A stretch of DNA of 64,000 nucleotides from Desulfatiglandales bacterium (GTDB taxonomy: Bacteria; Desulfobacterota; DSM-4660; Desulfatiglandales; HGW-15). Under the pieces are notes generated by a model that saw only the letters and a program-made list of their open reading frames with translations, did no database searches and had not been told where the DNA came from. This document shows, piece after piece, positions 18,987-29,932 of this stretch; within the stretch, counting starts at the first letter, position 1, and each line of letters opens with the position of its first letter. Location: positions 8,891 through 72,890 of the forward strand of contig JBMNCO010000132.1 in the NCBI GenBank assembly GCA_049366815.1, written 5' to 3'. The translations under genes and the position numbers were made by a program.

Positions 18987-19237
18987 CCTCCCTCAAAATG
19001 CAAAACCTGACCTGATCGGAACAGGCATTCAAGATCATTTCGAAGGTCCCGCAAAAAGTCAAGAAATGACGATTTACGGCCTTTTCCGAGTTCATCAATA
19101 TTGAACAGACTGATCGTCCACCCCGTCCTTGCAGAAGTCCACTTTCGGTCTTAGTATATGTACATTCATTCATGTCCAAAACAAAGCAATTTCCTGTTGT
19201 TCAAGTTTATTTTTGAGGAAGGAAAGAACTGAAGGAT

Positions 19238-22200
19238 TTGAAACACAAAAATATATCCCACCCATTCGTTATCCGTGTCATCGGCGCCCGACAGAACAAC
19301 CTCAAGAACCTGAATATCGATATCCCTTTGAACCGATTCACGGTCATCACAGGGGTGAGCGGTTCCGGCAAGTCCTCCCTGGCCTTTGATACCCTCTATG
19401 CCGAGGGGCAGCGCCGCTATGTTGAAACCTTCTCGCCCTATGCCCGACAGTTCATGGAACGCATGGACCGGCCCCAGGTCGACCGGATCGAAAACATCCC
19501 ACCGGCCATTGCCATCGACCGAAAGGATCCCGTCCGGACCTCCCGCTCCACGGTCGGCACCATGACCGAACTCACGGATTATGTGAAACTCCTCTATGCC
19601 CGTCTCGGACAGCTCCACTGCCGCACATGCGGCAGGCCCGTGCATCCGGAAACCCCTGAACAGGTCTGGCAGGCCATCAAAGAGATCCCGGAAAAATCCG
19701 AGATGATCATCACCTTCCCCGCCCCTCAAAACGGCGCGACACCTCAGGAACTGAAGCGGGATCTCCTGCGCATGGGATTTACCCGGCTCCTTGAGGAGGC
19801 AGAGGTGATTCCCCTTGAGGAGTGGCATCCTGAAGGGGTGGAGAAGCGGGCACCCCAGGTCATCGTGGATCGTCTCGTCTTTGCGGCCTCTGAGAAGAAG
19901 AGGGTCATGGACTCCCTGGAACAGGCCTTTCGCTTCGGCGAGGGGCGGCTGGATGCCTGGATCAAACCCGACCGTCACCTCGCATTCAGCAACCGGCTGG
20001 AATGCCCAAGGTGTCATCTCGCATACCGCCCTCCCATCCCCAACCTCTTTTCCTTTAACAGCCCTGCCGGGGCCTGCGAAACCTGCCGGGGATTCGGCCG
20101 GATCATTGACATCGATATAGACCTGATCATCCCGAACCCGCAGCTCTCCCTTGCACAGGGGGCCGTCAAGCCCTGGGGCGGCCGTGAAGAGGGACGCATG
20201 GAATATGAGGAATTGGCGGCCTTCTGTCAACAGAGCAAGATCCCCCTGGACAAGCCCTTTTCCCGGCTGACACAGGCCCAGCAGACACAGATCATCGGGG
20301 GGACGGATCGTTATTACGGCATACGGGGCTTTTTCAATTGGCTCGAGACCAAGACCTACAAAATGCACGTCCGCGTGTATCTGTCCCGTTACCGCACCTA
20401 CAGAGTCTGTCCGGATTGCGAGGGCACCCGATTCAACAAAGAGGCCCTGCTCTACCGGCTGGAGGGACGCCATATCGGTCAGATCTATGCCCTGAGCGTG
20501 GACAGTGCTCACCAATTCTTTCATGACCTCTCTGTTTCCCATGAAGACAAGGCCGGCCGGCTCATCCTTGACGAGATTCAAAGCCGGCTGACCTACCTGC
20601 GGGAGGTGGGTCTCGGATATCTGAGCCTGGACCGGCAGTCCCGGACCTTATCAGGAGGCGAGGTCCAGCGGGTGGCCCTGACCTCGGCACTGGGTTCTTC
20701 ACTGGTCAACACGCTTTATGTCCTGGACGAACCCAGTATCGGGCTCCATCCCCGGGACAATCACCGCCTGATCCGCATATTGAAGGGTCTGAGGGACCTG
20801 AGAAACACCGTCGTGGTGGTCGAGCATGACCCCGGTATCATCAGCCGGAGCGACTATATGCTGGACCTGGGACCCGGTGCCGGAGAACAAGGCGGGAGGG
20901 TCATGTACTTCGGTCCCACGGCCAAGGTCGGCCGATCTCTGACCGGGCAATATCTCAAGGGAGAAAAGGTCATTCCTTTTCCCAGGATTCGTCGGACACC
21001 GAAGAAAAATCAATGGCTGGTCGTGGAGGGGGCCGCGGAAAACAACCTGAAGGACATCAGAGTCGACATTCCTCTGGGTCTCTTCGTCTGCCTGACCGGC
21101 GTGTCCGGTTCCGGCAAATCCACGCTCGCCGAGGATATCCTCTACAAGGGCATCAAACGGGCGCGGGGCGAGGCCGAGGGTCGGCCGGGAAGCCATAAGG
21201 CCATCAAGGGCTTGAGCGCCATCGACGATGTCATCCTCGTGGATCAACGACCCATCGGGAGAACTCCACGGGCCAATCCCCTGACCTATACAAAGGCCAT
21301 GGACCCCATCCGAAGACTCCTGACCGATACGGACGAGGCCCGGTCCAGAGGCATGGGCCCGGGCCACTTCTCCTTCAATGTCCCCGGGGGGAGATGTGAG
21401 ACCTGCAAGGGGGCGGGTTTTGAAAAGGTGGAGATGCAGTTCCTCTCCGACGTCTACATCACCTGTCCGGATTGCGAGGGAAGGCGCTATCGGCCGGAGG
21501 TCCTGGAGGTCACCTACAGGGACAAAAACATCCACGATATCCTCACCATGACCGTGGATCAGGCCCTCCGTTTCTTCACGGAACAGGCCGGAATCAGGGA
21601 GACCCTGGAACCCCTCAGTGAGGTGGGCATGGGATATATACGTCTTGGGCAACCGCTCCACACCCTTTCGGGGGGTGAGGCACAGCGTCTCAAGCTCTCC
21701 CAGTTTATCAGAAGGAGAAGAGGCCGGCCTCAGCTCTTCATCTTTGACGAACCCACGACGGGACTTCACTTCGAGGATATCCAGAAACTGCTCACCGCTC
21801 TCCGAAAGCTGGTTGCTGAAGGTCACACCGTCTTGGTGATCGAACACAACATGGATGTCGTCAAATGCGCGGACTGGGTCATCGACCTCGGTCCTGAAGG
21901 TGGTGACGCGGGTGGTCGGGTCGTGGCGGCCGGTCCCCCTGAAGCGATCACCGGGCACCCTGCTTCCCACACCGGGATTTTCCTCGCGCCCTATCTCGCC
22001 GGAGAAAGCCCGTTTGAGGAGGCCGTGAGGGCCCCGGCCCTCCCCGCAAGCGATCTTCGCGGAAAGGTGGATGAGATCATCGTTTCCGGGGCAAAGGAGC
22101 ACAACCTCAAGGACCTCAGCCTTTCGATCCCCAGGGAACAGTTCGTGGTCGTCACGGGGGTCTCAGGATCGGGGAAATCGACACTGATTTTCGATATCCT

Positions 22201-24538
22201 CTTTGCCGAGGGGCAACGACGCTACCTGGAAAGCCTGGCCCCCTACGTGCGTCAATACATGCGAATCCTGGAACGCCCGGAGGTTGACGCGATCTCGGGG
22301 CTTCCGCCCACCGTGGCCATCGAACAACGCGTCAGCCATGCGAGCCCACGTTCGACTGTCGCGACCCTGACCGAGATATACCATTTCCTGCGGCTCCTCT
22401 ACAGCAAGCTCGGGACACAGCACTGCCCCCGGTGCGACCGGCCGCTTGCCGCCTTGACGGAGGACGCCATTTTGGAGCATATCGGAAATCGTTATGGGCG
22501 TAGGCGCGCCGTCGTCATGGCCCCAAAGATCATGGCCCGAAAGGGCTTCCACCGGGCCCTTTTGACGGAGGCCTACCTCAAGGGTTTTCGTGAGGCCCGG
22601 ATTGACGGGACCGTTGTCCCCCTGAGGGGGGACCTGGCACTGGACCGGCATCGGGAGCACACCATTGAACTGGTCATGGGAAGACTCCCGGGCAAAGATC
22701 CGGGCGGGCTCGTCTCCCGAGCCCTTGAGGAGGGGAATGGGAGCCTGATCATCCTGGACAACAAGGAGAGAGAAGAGACATTCAGTACCAGGGGCATCTG
22801 CCCTGTGTGCGGCATCGGTCTGCAGGCCCTGGATCCGAGGCTCTTTTCCTTCAACAGCAGGGAGGGCGCCTGCCCCCGGTGCAGGGGGCTGGGGGCCCTG
22901 GGCGACCCCGGGGAAGGCCGGGCCGTCACGTGTCCGCAATGCGGGGGCAGCCGTCTTAAACCCGAGGCCCTGGCGGTCAAGATCAACGGCCGGTCGCTAT
23001 GGGATCTGGTCCGGCAATCCGCCCCTTCACTGATCAATTTCATCGAGAAACTTTCTTTCCCAAGACATGAAGCGCCTATAGCACAGCCCATTCTGGAGGA
23101 GATCAACACACGGCTCTCCTTTTTGAGCCGCCTCGGCCTTTCCTATCTGGCCCTGAGCCGCAGCGGAGACACCCTTTCAGGCGGCGAGGCCCAACGTATC
23201 CGGCTGGCGGCCCAACTCGGCTCCAACCTCACCGGCGTGTGTTACATCCTGGATGAACCCACGATCGGTCTTCACGCCCGTGACAACGCCATGCTCCTGG
23301 ACGCCCTGGGCGAACTCAAAAAACGCGGAAATTCCATCCTTGTCGTCGAACACGATGAAGAAACCGTGGGACGTGCGGACCACATTATTGATCTTGGGCC
23401 CGGGGCCGGACGCCAGGGGGGACTGGTGGTGGCATCCGGGAAACTGGCCGATCTGAAAAAGGTGCCCGAGTCCGTGACGGGGTCCGCTTTAAACAGCAAC
23501 ACCCACGAACTGACATCCCGCCTTCGTATCTACAAAAGGCGGCCCCGCCTCAGGGTCCTGGGAGCGGCTGAACACAATCTGAAAAAGATCGAGGCCGATT
23601 TTCCCCTGGGAACCTTGATTTGTGTGACGGGTGTATCCGGTTCCGGGAAATCCACGCTTCTGAAGGAGACCCTTTATAAGGGGATCCGCAACCGTCTTTA
23701 CAAGACAAGGGACGGGGCGGGACTTTGCACAGACATCAAGGGCTGGGAGGCACTGGAGCGCATACTCGAGGTGGATCACAGCGCCATCGGCCGCACACCG
23801 CGATCCGTCCCCGCTTCCTACATCGGTTTCCTCGGCGAGATCAGAAAACTCCTGGCCATGACCCCCAGGGCCAGGGCCAGGGGGTTCAAACCCGGTCGCT
23901 TTTCCTTTAATGTCAAAGGCGGTCGCTGCGAGCCCTGCAAGGGCCACGGTTCCGTGAAGGTGGAAATGAGCTTTCTCCCGGACGTCTATGTGCCCTGTGA
24001 GGTCTGCGAAGGCCGCCGCTTTAATCAGGAGACCCTGGAGGTGAAGTACAAGGGAAAGGACATCTCGGAGATCCTCGACCTCACCTTCGAGGAGGCCTCG
24101 GATTTCTTTTCGGCTGTGCCGTCTATTCGACATGCAACAGGGCTGGTTTGTGACATCGGCCTGGGATACCTCACCCTCGGGCAATCCAGCCCCACCCTTT
24201 CCGGCGGTGAGGCCCAGCGCATCAAGCTGGCTGAGGAACTGTCCAAACCCACACGGGGCAAGACCCTCTACATCCTGGACGAGCCCACCACGGGGCTGCA
24301 CATCTCGGACGTCGGAAAACTCCTCAAGGTTCTTCAGGCCCTTGTAGACCAGGGAAACACCGTGGCCGTCATCGAACACAACATGGAGGTCATCAAGGAG
24401 GCGGATTATATCATTGACCTGGGTCCGGAAGGTGGGGATCAGGGCGGGTATGTGGCGGTCACCGGCTCGCCCCTGGAGATCATGGACAACCCCGACGGGT
24501 CTCATACAGCGAGGTATCTCAGAAAATATCTCCGGTAG
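19238..24538 (+). CDS. Tandem-duplicated UvrA-like ABC ATPase (two UvrA units in one 1766-aa polypeptide)
   Basis: Four Walker A motifs GVSGSGKS and four ABC signatures LSGGE(V/A)QR. The zinc modules are retained (CPRCH..CETC; CPDCEG; CPVCG..CPRC; CEVCEG). The second unit starts near nt 22065 ([15 protein letters not shown]..). TTG start preceded by GAAGGA. Confidence 0.85.
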   Translation: MKHKNISHPFVIRVIGARQNNLKNLNIDIPLNRFTVITGVSGSGKSSLAFDTLYAEGQRRYVETFSPYARQFMERMDRPQVDRIENIPPAIAIDRKDPVRTSRSTVGTMTELTDYVKLLYARLGQLHCRTCGRPVHPETPEQVWQAIKEIPEKSEMIITFPAPQNGATPQELKRDLLRMGFTRLLEEAEVIPLEEWHPEGVEKRAPQVIVDRLVFAASEKKRVMDSLEQAFRFGEGRLDAWIKPDRHLAFSNRLECPRCHLAYRPPIPNLFSFNSPAGACETCRGFGRIIDIDIDLIIPNPQLSLAQGAVKPWGGREEGRMEYEELAAFCQQSKIPLDKPFSRLTQAQQTQIIGGTDRYYGIRGFFNWLETKTYKMHVRVYLSRYRTYRVCPDCEGTRFNKEALLYRLEGRHIGQIYALSVDSAHQFFHDLSVSHEDKAGRLILDEIQSRLTYLREVGLGYLSLDRQSRTLSGGEVQRVALTSALGSSLVNTLYVLDEPSIGLHPRDNHRLIRILKGLRDLRNTVVVVEHDPGIISRSDYMLDLGPGAGEQGGRVMYFGPTAKVGRSLTGQYLKGEKVIPFPRIRRTPKKNQWLVVEGAAENNLKDIRVDIPLGLFVCLTGVSGSGKSTLAEDILYKGIKRARGEAEGRPGSHKAIKGLSAIDDVILVDQRPIGRTPRANPLTYTKAMDPIRRLLTDTDEARSRGMGPGHFSFNVPGGRCETCKGAGFEKVEMQFLSDVYITCPDCEGRRYRPEVLEVTYRDKNIHDILTMTVDQALRFFTEQAGIRETLEPLSEVGMGYIRLGQPLHTLSGGEAQRLKLSQFIRRRRGRPQLFIFDEPTTGLHFEDIQKLLTALRKLVAEGHTVLVIEHNMDVVKCADWVIDLGPEGGDAGGRVVAAGPPEAITGHPASHTGIFLAPYLAGESPFEEAVRAPALPASDLRGKVDEIIVSGAKEHNLKDLSLSIPREQFVVVTGVSGSGKSTLIFDILFAEGQRRYLESLAPYVRQYMRILERPEVDAISGLPPTVAIEQRVSHASPRSTVATLTEIYHFLRLLYSKLGTQHCPRCDRPLAALTEDAILEHIGNRYGRRRAVVMAPKIMARKGFHRALLTEAYLKGFREARIDGTVVPLRGDLALDRHREHTIELVMGRLPGKDPGGLVSRALEEGNGSLIILDNKEREETFSTRGICPVCGIGLQALDPRLFSFNSREGACPRCRGLGALGDPGEGRAVTCPQCGGSRLKPEALAVKINGRSLWDLVRQSAPSLINFIEKLSFPRHEAPIAQPILEEINTRLSFLSRLGLSYLALSRSGDTLSGGEAQRIRLAAQLGSNLTGVCYILDEPTIGLHARDNAMLLDALGELKKRGNSILVVEHDEETVGRADHIIDLGPGAGRQGGLVVASGKLADLKKVPESVTGSALNSNTHELTSRLRIYKRRPRLRVLGAAEHNLKKIEADFPLGTLICVTGVSGSGKSTLLKETLYKGIRNRLYKTRDGAGLCTDIKGWEALERILEVDHSAIGRTPRSVPASYIGFLGEIRKLLAMTPRARARGFKPGRFSFNVKGGRCEPCKGHGSVKVEMSFLPDVYVPCEVCEGRRFNQETLEVKYKGKDISEILDLTFEEASDFFSAVPSIRHATGLVCDIGLGYLTLGQSSPTLSGGEAQRIKLAEELSKPTRGKTLYILDEPTTGLHISDVGKLLKVLQALVDQGNTVAVIEHNMEVIKEADYIIDLGPEGGDQGGYVAVTGSPLEIMDNPDGSHTARYLRKYLR

Positions 24539-24559
24539 GGGACCTCTTTTCAGGCATCC

Positions 24560-24775
24560 TCAGTGTTGGGCCGACTCGAGCACATGGCACACGTCGCGGA
24601 TTTGCTGTTCGCTGATAAGGCCTCTCGCGAGAAGTATCTGGCCGATCCGCCTCGGGGTCCATCCTGAGGAGACCTCCATCTTCTGTTGCTGCAGTGCGCC
24701 GATCAGATGTTGCGGCGTGATGTATCCCTTGTCTACGGCCACACCGCCAAAGCGTTGCAACGTACGCATCTCCAT
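24560..24775 (-). CDS. Small hypothetical protein with GspE-N-terminal-like (T2SE_Nter) repeat character
   Basis: ATG 24775 is preceded by GGGGGAGAGG. The segments GYITPQHLIGALQQQ and IGQILLARGLISEQQI resemble the LGxxLvxxGlIteeQL repeats. The call is weak and has no database support. Confidence 0.4.
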   Translation of the reverse strand: MEMRTLQRFGGVAVDKGYITPQHLIGALQQQKMEVSSGWTPRRIGQILLARGLISEQQIRDVCHVLESAQH

Positions 24776-24881
24776 CCTCTCCCCCCCACTGCATCCGGCC
24801 ACCGGCGGTGCAGGCTGAAACTTCAAGCCGCTTAAGCACATTATGGAGTAATTCTCGGAGGCCAAAAGTTTCACAACATAT

Positions 24882-25127
24882 TTACTTCTGCATAAACGAG
24901 TCCCGCTTTATCTGGTCCTTGCGAATCTCATATTCCCTCTGGTCTATCCGACCCGCTTTGTAATCCTGCTCGACCCTTTCCGTCTGCTTTTTCAAGTGAT
25001 ACTCATAACCGCCGGCCCCGGCCGCAGCCCCTCCAATAGCGCCGAGTCCGGCGCTCCCCCAGTTGCTCCCGCAGCCCGACAGCGCCAAAAACCCCACGCA
25101 CACCAAGATCGCCAACCATCTTTTCAT
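24882..25127 (-). CDS. Small lipoprotein with glycine-zipper segment
   Basis: Signal peptide plus lipobox LALSGC, then the Gly/Ala-rich stretch GSAGLGAIGGAAAGAGG and a charged C-terminal half. Confidence 0.6.
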   Translation of the reverse strand: MKRWLAILVCVGFLALSGCGSNWGSAGLGAIGGAAAGAGGYEYHLKKQTERVEQDYKAGRIDQREYEIRKDQIKRDSFMQK

Positions 25128-25260
25128 GATTGCCCTCCTTTTTTGGGTTATTTTACCATAAATAATCCGCTGTCAACGATCAAATTTTTATTCACTCATA
25201 GCGGGTTTCCATTCAGAGACACATGATTTCCGGATGCGCACCGGCTGAATTCGTTTGAGG

Positions 25261-25500
25261 TATGAATTTAGCCCTTTCCAATAACTGTGTGGAAATCATG
25301 CACCCTTTCTTACGTTCCGAAGCTCCCGGACTGGTCTTTTTTGCGATTTATCCATGGGGGAGTTCTGCCCCCTCCCCATTCTCGACTTTGTCGAGCTGGG
25401 GTTTCCCCCACGGATAAATCGCAAAAAGACGGCGTCCTCCCGCTAGTCACTTCAGAAAGGGTGCATGATTTCCTTTCGAATTTTTCAAAGGGCTAAAGTG
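25261..25500. repeat. Intergenic palindromic repeat family B, copy 2 (carries a nested 109-bp insertion)
   Basis: Same core as 10098..10205, interrupted after GGACTGGTC by 25338..25446. Long imperfect inverted arms: TATGAATTTAGCCCTTTCCAATAACTGTG..(left) and ..TTTCGAATTTTTCAAAGGGCTAAAGTG (right). Confidence 0.85.
25338..25446. mobile_element. Nested miniature palindromic insertion inside repeat B copy 2
   Basis: Present in copy 2 and absent from copy 1 at the same point. GTC occurs on both sides of it, consistent with a 3-bp target duplication. It has its own inverted repeats TTTTGCGATTTATCCATGGGGG / CCCCCACGGATAAATCGCAAAA and a central palindrome CTCGACtttGTCGAG. Confidence 0.6.
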
Positions 25501-25772
25501 TTAGCATTTGAGAAAGAGAAAGCAGGGCAGGATTTTTTGGGGCTACCAAATGATTCATGAATAGGATATACCATTTCACGGTCCGGGTTGATTTTTAAAG
25601 CTCAAGGGCAATCGGTCCCTTTTTGCATATAGTCAGCGGTCACGTTTGCCGTCATCCATTCGGGCCTCCTCCCCCTGCCCCCGGGATCTGTCGGGAGGCC
25701 GGCCGACGACCGCCCGATGACCGGGCCGGAGCGGTAAACGAACTCGTCCTGGACACCATGAGGACACACCCT

Positions 25773-26555
25773 ATGAAATTCAGACCCTGTATAGACTTAC
25801 GTAAAGGACGCGTCGTTCAGATTGTGGGAAGCTCCCTTCAGGAAGAGGGGGACCAGGGCCTCGTAACCAATTTCCAGACGGAGCGATCACCCGCAGAATA
25901 TGCACGGATGTACAAACAGCATGGCCTGACCGGTGGACACGTGATCTCGCTCGGCCCTGGAAATGACGAGGCAGCGATTTCGGCCCTCCACGCATTCCCC
26001 GGCGGCCTCCACATGGGTGGGGGTATCACCCCTGAAAATGCCATGGCATTTCTTGATGCGGGTGCAAGCCACGTCATCGTCACATCCTATGTCTTTTCAG
26101 GCGGCCGGATCGATATGGAGCGCCTCCGGTCACTGGTGAAGGCCGTGGGCAAAGACCGTCTCGTTCTGGATCTGAGCTGCCGTCGCAGTGCATCGGCATT
26201 CTGGATCATGACCGACCGATGGCGGCGATTCACCGATGTGCCGGTCAATCCCGAGACCCTCTCCCGACTTGCAGACTTTTGTGATGAATTTCTTGTCCAT
26301 GGGGTCGATGTGGAGGGAAAAAGACAGGGGGTTCTGTCCGACCTCGTCCAGATCCTGGGCAAGTACTCCCCCATACCCGTCACCTATGCGGGAGGGGCAA
26401 AGGCCCTCTCCGATCTTGATAAAGTCAATGAACTCGGACAGGGGCGCGTCGACCTGACCATCGGCAGCGCCCTGGACATCTTCGGTGGAGACATTCCGTT
26501 CCAGGATGTCGTCCAATGGCAGCGTGCCAACCTCGGCTCCCATTCCTCAAGCTAA
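25773..26555 (+). CDS. hisA: HisA-family phosphoribosylformimino-AICAR-P isomerase, His6-like (long) type
   Basis: MKFRPCIDLRKGRVVQIV.., VHGVDVEGKRQG, TYAGGA and LTIGSALDIFGG are typical of (beta/alpha)8 HisA/His6 proteins. The start ATG 25773 is preferred over the track start at 25623. Confidence 0.75.
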   Translation: MKFRPCIDLRKGRVVQIVGSSLQEEGDQGLVTNFQTERSPAEYARMYKQHGLTGGHVISLGPGNDEAAISALHAFPGGLHMGGGITPENAMAFLDAGASHVIVTSYVFSGGRIDMERLRSLVKAVGKDRLVLDLSCRRSASAFWIMTDRWRRFTDVPVNPETLSRLADFCDEFLVHGVDVEGKRQGVLSDLVQILGKYSPIPVTYAGGAKALSDLDKVNELGQGRVDLTIGSALDIFGGDIPFQDVVQWQRANLGSHSSS

Positions 26556-26574
26556 CTGCATCCCGGACCGGCGG

Positions 26575-27507
26575 TCACAACCCCCGCAAGGATTCCGGGC
26601 GAAGCAGACCCGGGTCTTTCAGGGCCGCGCGGATGGTCTGCAGCAGATCTTCTTTGTCCCTGGGCAGGGTACCGCGAAGAGGCAGATAATTAGAGGCATG
26701 GTTTGTGCGGAACACGACAGGTCCCGGGGCCTCGATGTTCTCGATCATCAGCTCCAGTTCCCGCAATATTTCCATGGGGTCCGTGACCAGTTCGAACTCG
26801 CCTCTTCTCACCATATCATCCAGCGGTGTGCCCGGGACGACCATGAGAGTCAGTGCGGAGAAATAAGAAGGGTTCATCGCTGTTGCAGCCTTGCCGGTAT
26901 TGATGGCATGCTGTCTGTAGAGCTTCCTCCCTCCAAGTCCGATGATCACGGTCACCGAGGTCTTTATTCCGGCCCTGTTCGCCTTGACCACCGAATCGAT
27001 CTGTTCCTGAACGGTCGCACCCTTGTTCATGAGCGCCAGGACCTCTGGATCACCGCTTTCCAGGCCTATAAAGACGAGGTTCAGGCCGGCCTCGCGCAAC
27101 TGCCCTAATTCTTCATCGCTCTTTCTCAGGATATCACCGCAGCAGGCATAGCAAGATACCTGTTTGAGATGGGGAAAGGCCGCATAGCATTTCCTGACGA
27201 TCTTCAGGAGCTCCGGAGTCTTGATAATCATGGCATTCGAATCGAGGAGAAAGATCTTGTCCACGCCGATCCCATATTGGTTTCTGGCGATTTCAATGTC
27301 CTCAAGAATCTCGTGGGTCGGCCGGATCCTGAATCGTTTTTCCGGTATCGTCTTGTCAAAGCGGTATGAACTGCAGAAATAGCACCTTCCCGCCGCTGCG
27401 GAGGAGCACCCCACGGTCGCCTGTATCAAGAGAGAATAGGCCTCGCTGGGGGGACGATAGATCGGCTCCGCATAATACATTTCCTGCCTTTTGGTCGCGT
27501 TGTTCAT
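26575..27507 (-). CDS. Radical SAM domain protein
   Basis: IYRPPSEAYSLLIQATVGCSSAAAGRCYFCSSY cluster region followed by a TIM-like body (IFLLDSNA, FIGLESG). ATG 27507 is preceded by GGAGGTG. Confidence 0.8.
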   Translation of the reverse strand: MNNATKRQEMYYAEPIYRPPSEAYSLLIQATVGCSSAAAGRCYFCSSYRFDKTIPEKRFRIRPTHEILEDIEIARNQYGIGVDKIFLLDSNAMIIKTPELLKIVRKCYAAFPHLKQVSCYACCGDILRKSDEELGQLREAGLNLVFIGLESGDPEVLALMNKGATVQEQIDSVVKANRAGIKTSVTVIIGLGGRKLYRQHAINTGKAATAMNPSYFSALTLMVVPGTPLDDMVRRGEFELVTDPMEILRELELMIENIEAPGPVVFRTNHASNYLPLRGTLPRDKEDLLQTIRAALKDPGLLRPESLRGL

Positions 27508-27579
27508 CTTTGATTCACACCTCCAGTGTCTTATTTTTAGGGCCGGAAGGTCCGTCCAAGTGGAAAAGTACTCAGACTT

Positions 27580-27745
27580 CTTGTCCAAATGTAGAATGTG
27601 CCGATCCAGGCGGGACTCCGAGAAAATCCCGACCTCCGCCTTCCGCGCTGCCCAGCCTGTGACATCAATGCAAAATCACCGTTTCTAATCAGCAAATGCC
27701 TAAATGGTATGCGGAACAAAAATTGACTTATTTTAGACACCAATG
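27580..27745. repeat. Intergenic repeat family C, copy 1
   Basis: Shares the ends CTTGTCCAAA(T/A)..TAGAATGTGCCG, the internal CTCCGAGAAAATCCCG and the terminal CAAAAATTGACT..TTTTAGACAC.AATG with 57465..57736. It lies in the divergent region between the radical SAM and ykgJ-like genes. Confidence 0.75.
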
Positions 27746-27903
27746 TACTCATTCAATTACTAAACAATGCGGCATCTCTTGTCAACCGAACTTGGGTCAG
27801 GAGTATGCGGTTGCATGCAGCCCCTTGCCATCCGGCTTTTTGTCTGGCACCCTAGGTCCTATAAAAGGGGCAAGGAACGAAAAATCTCTGATCGGGAAGT
27901 TGG

Positions 27904-28644
27904 ATGCAAGGAGGAAGCCCGGAGGCCGTTGTGACAGAAAAAGAAACCGTCTTTTTGACCCTGGATGAGGCTGTGAGAGCACTCTGCAGCGATTTTCGAC
28001 AATACGATCCCCAGATCCTGTTGCTTTGCCAAACACTGCGCCTTATTTCCAGGGGTGAGACTGTGGTGGTCAAAAGGGACAGGAAAAGGGCCGGGGCCTG
28101 GATCAGCCTCCCCGGCCGCCGGAATATGCATTGGATGGGCCCACCGGAACTGGTCGAACACGTGTGCGAGGCCCTTTCCTCCGCAGAATTGAACCCTGAA
28201 CTGTTGTCGTCAATATGCGGGAGCGTTTTCCATACCCGCGCCTTTCCCGCCCCACAAGCTGACACGGGCCGAATGGGCATTCGCATCGAAACCGGAATGG
28301 AAGACTTTCACTGCCGTCAGTGCGGTCAATGCTGTCAGTCTCTCGATTATCGAAAGGAGGTCACGGCCCAAGATATCTCACAATGGCGGGAACTGGGCAG
28401 ATTGGACATCCTGGAATGGGTAGGGGTATTTGAAGGTGAGGGCCTGGAGCCGGCCTACAGGATCTGGATGATACCGGGAACCTCACAGAGGGCCGAGGAA
28501 TGTCCCTTCCTACACAAAGAATCGTCGGAAAATCGTTGGTATTGCCGGATCCAAGACGTCAAGCCGGCCATCTGCCGGCAGTACCCGGCGAGTCGCAAGC
28601 ATGCCCTATTGACCGGTTGCCCGGGCTTTGAAAAGCCCGCCTGA
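27904..28644 (+). CDS. YkgJ-family (CxxCxxCC) zinc/iron-chelating cysteine-cluster protein with N-terminal extension
   Basis: The C-terminal half carries CRQCGQCC..ECPFL..WYCRIQDVKPAICRQYP, typical of UPF0153/YkgJ. The start is uncertain: ATG 27904, or GTG 27931 after GGAGG. Confidence 0.65.
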   Translation: MQGGSPEAVVTEKETVFLTLDEAVRALCSDFRQYDPQILLLCQTLRLISRGETVVVKRDRKRAGAWISLPGRRNMHWMGPPELVEHVCEALSSAELNPELLSSICGSVFHTRAFPAPQADTGRMGIRIETGMEDFHCRQCGQCCQSLDYRKEVTAQDISQWRELGRLDILEWVGVFEGEGLEPAYRIWMIPGTSQRAEECPFLHKESSENRWYCRIQDVKPAICRQYPASRKHALLTGCPGFEKPA

Positions 28645-28750
28645 CCCCTGGCCGCCTGCCCAAGCCCGGGGATCACTAATTGGCTTGACAGGGTCCCTCG
28701 TTTGAAGTGTAAACTTCAATTCGGCGCCAAGATCGCCGGGGAGAAAAGGC

Positions 28751-29932
28751 ATGAAACTACATGAATACCAGGCCAAGGACATCTTCGGCAAGTTCAATAT
28801 CCCCATACCGGAGGGACGGCTGACCCCATCTTCCGGTGAAGCCCTGAAGGCCGTAAAAGGCCTTAAGGGTCCACCCTGGGTGGTGAAGGCACAGGTACAC
28901 GCCGGCGGCCGCGGAAAGGGCGGGGGCGTCAAGGTGGTGCATTCCGTCAGGGAGTTGGAAAGGGCGGTCGAAACCATCCTCACCCTTCCCCTGGTGACAA
29001 AGCAGACGGGCCCCGAAGGGAGGATGGTTCATCAGGTCTTGATCGAGGAAGGCCTTGAGATCGAACGGGAACTCTATCTCGCCATGGTCGTCGACAGATC
29101 CCGGGCCAGGCCTGTCATGATTTTCAGCCAGGCCGGCGGCATGGATATTGAAAAGGTGGCGACCACCTCCCCGGATCGGGTCCTGAAGGCCTTTGTTGAT
29201 CCGGAGATCGGATGGATGCCCTTTCAGGGCAGAAACCTGGTCTACGGGATAGAAAATCCTTTGAACCCGGGGGCTGCGAAGCGTGTCACGGCGGTCATGG
29301 AACGCCTTTACAGACTTTTCATATCCTGCGACTGTTCCCTTGCTGAGATCAATCCCCTTGTGATCACGAAAGCCGGCAAGGTCGTGGCCGCGGACGCCAA
29401 GATCAACATCGACGACAATGCCCTTTACAGACGAGAGGCACTTGCAGCCCTGGACGACCCCAGGGAAAAGGACCCCCTCGAGGTCAAGGCCCAGGCATTC
29501 CATCTCAATTACATCCGCCTGGGCGGCAACATCGGGGCCATGGTGAACGGGGCCGGGCTTGCCATGGCTACCATGGACATCATCAAACTGGCCGGAGGCG
29601 AGCCTGCCAATTTTCTGGACGTGGGTGGCGGCGCCAGCGAAGACATGATCACCAAGGGCTTTGAAATTATCCTGGAGGACAAGAAGGTCAAGGCGGTTCT
29701 TGTCAACATCTTCGGCGGCATCCTCCGGTGTGATGTCCTGGCCAGGGGACTCCTGGCCGCCGCAAAAAAGACGGATATCCGCGTCCCGCTCATCGTAAGG
29801 CTGGAGGGCACCAATGTGGAGGAGGGACGCAGAATCCTGAGAAATTCTGATCTTAAATTCCTCGTGGCGCGGACAATGGCCGAGGCCGCAGGGCTTGTCA
29901 CACAGCAATTGACCAAAGAGGCCGTGTCATGA
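28751..29932 (+). CDS. sucC: Succinyl-CoA synthetase beta subunit
   Basis: [12 protein letters not shown].., [15 protein letters not shown] and [18 protein letters not shown] are canonical SucC. Confidence 0.95.
   Translation: MKLHEYQAKDIFGKFNIPIPEGRLTPSSGEALKAVKGLKGPPWVVKAQVHAGGRGKGGGVKVVHSVRELERAVETILTLPLVTKQTGPEGRMVHQVLIEEGLEIERELYLAMVVDRSRARPVMIFSQAGGMDIEKVATTSPDRVLKAFVDPEIGWMPFQGRNLVYGIENPLNPGAAKRVTAVMERLYRLFISCDCSLAEINPLVITKAGKVVAADAKINIDDNALYRREALAALDDPREKDPLEVKAQAFHLNYIRLGGNIGAMVNGAGLAMATMDIIKLAGGEPANFLDVGGGASEDMITKGFEIILEDKKVKAVLVNIFGGILRCDVLARGLLAAAKKTDIRVPLIVRLEGTNVEEGRRILRNSDLKFLVARTMAEAAGLVTQQLTKEAVS

Noticed and set aside
19166-22102. Long minus-strand ORFs (19166..20581, 471 aa; 20699..22102, 467 aa; also 22163..22939 and 23489..24505) running opposite the UvrA-like gene
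   Set aside because: Their translations are low-complexity and rich in Gly, Arg, Pro and Asp, with no recognisable motifs. The plus strand encodes an unmistakable UvrA with all its ABC motifs. These are typical antisense open frames in GC-rich DNA.
28757-29908. A 383-aa minus-strand ORF antisense to sucC. Similar long antisense ORFs occur at 3..641, 16641..17741, 32299..33363, 37733..38731, 46434..47582, 50139..50846 and 53214..54002.
   Set aside because: In each case the opposite strand encodes a protein with strong family signatures and a proper RBS and start. The antisense translations have no motifs and a biased composition.
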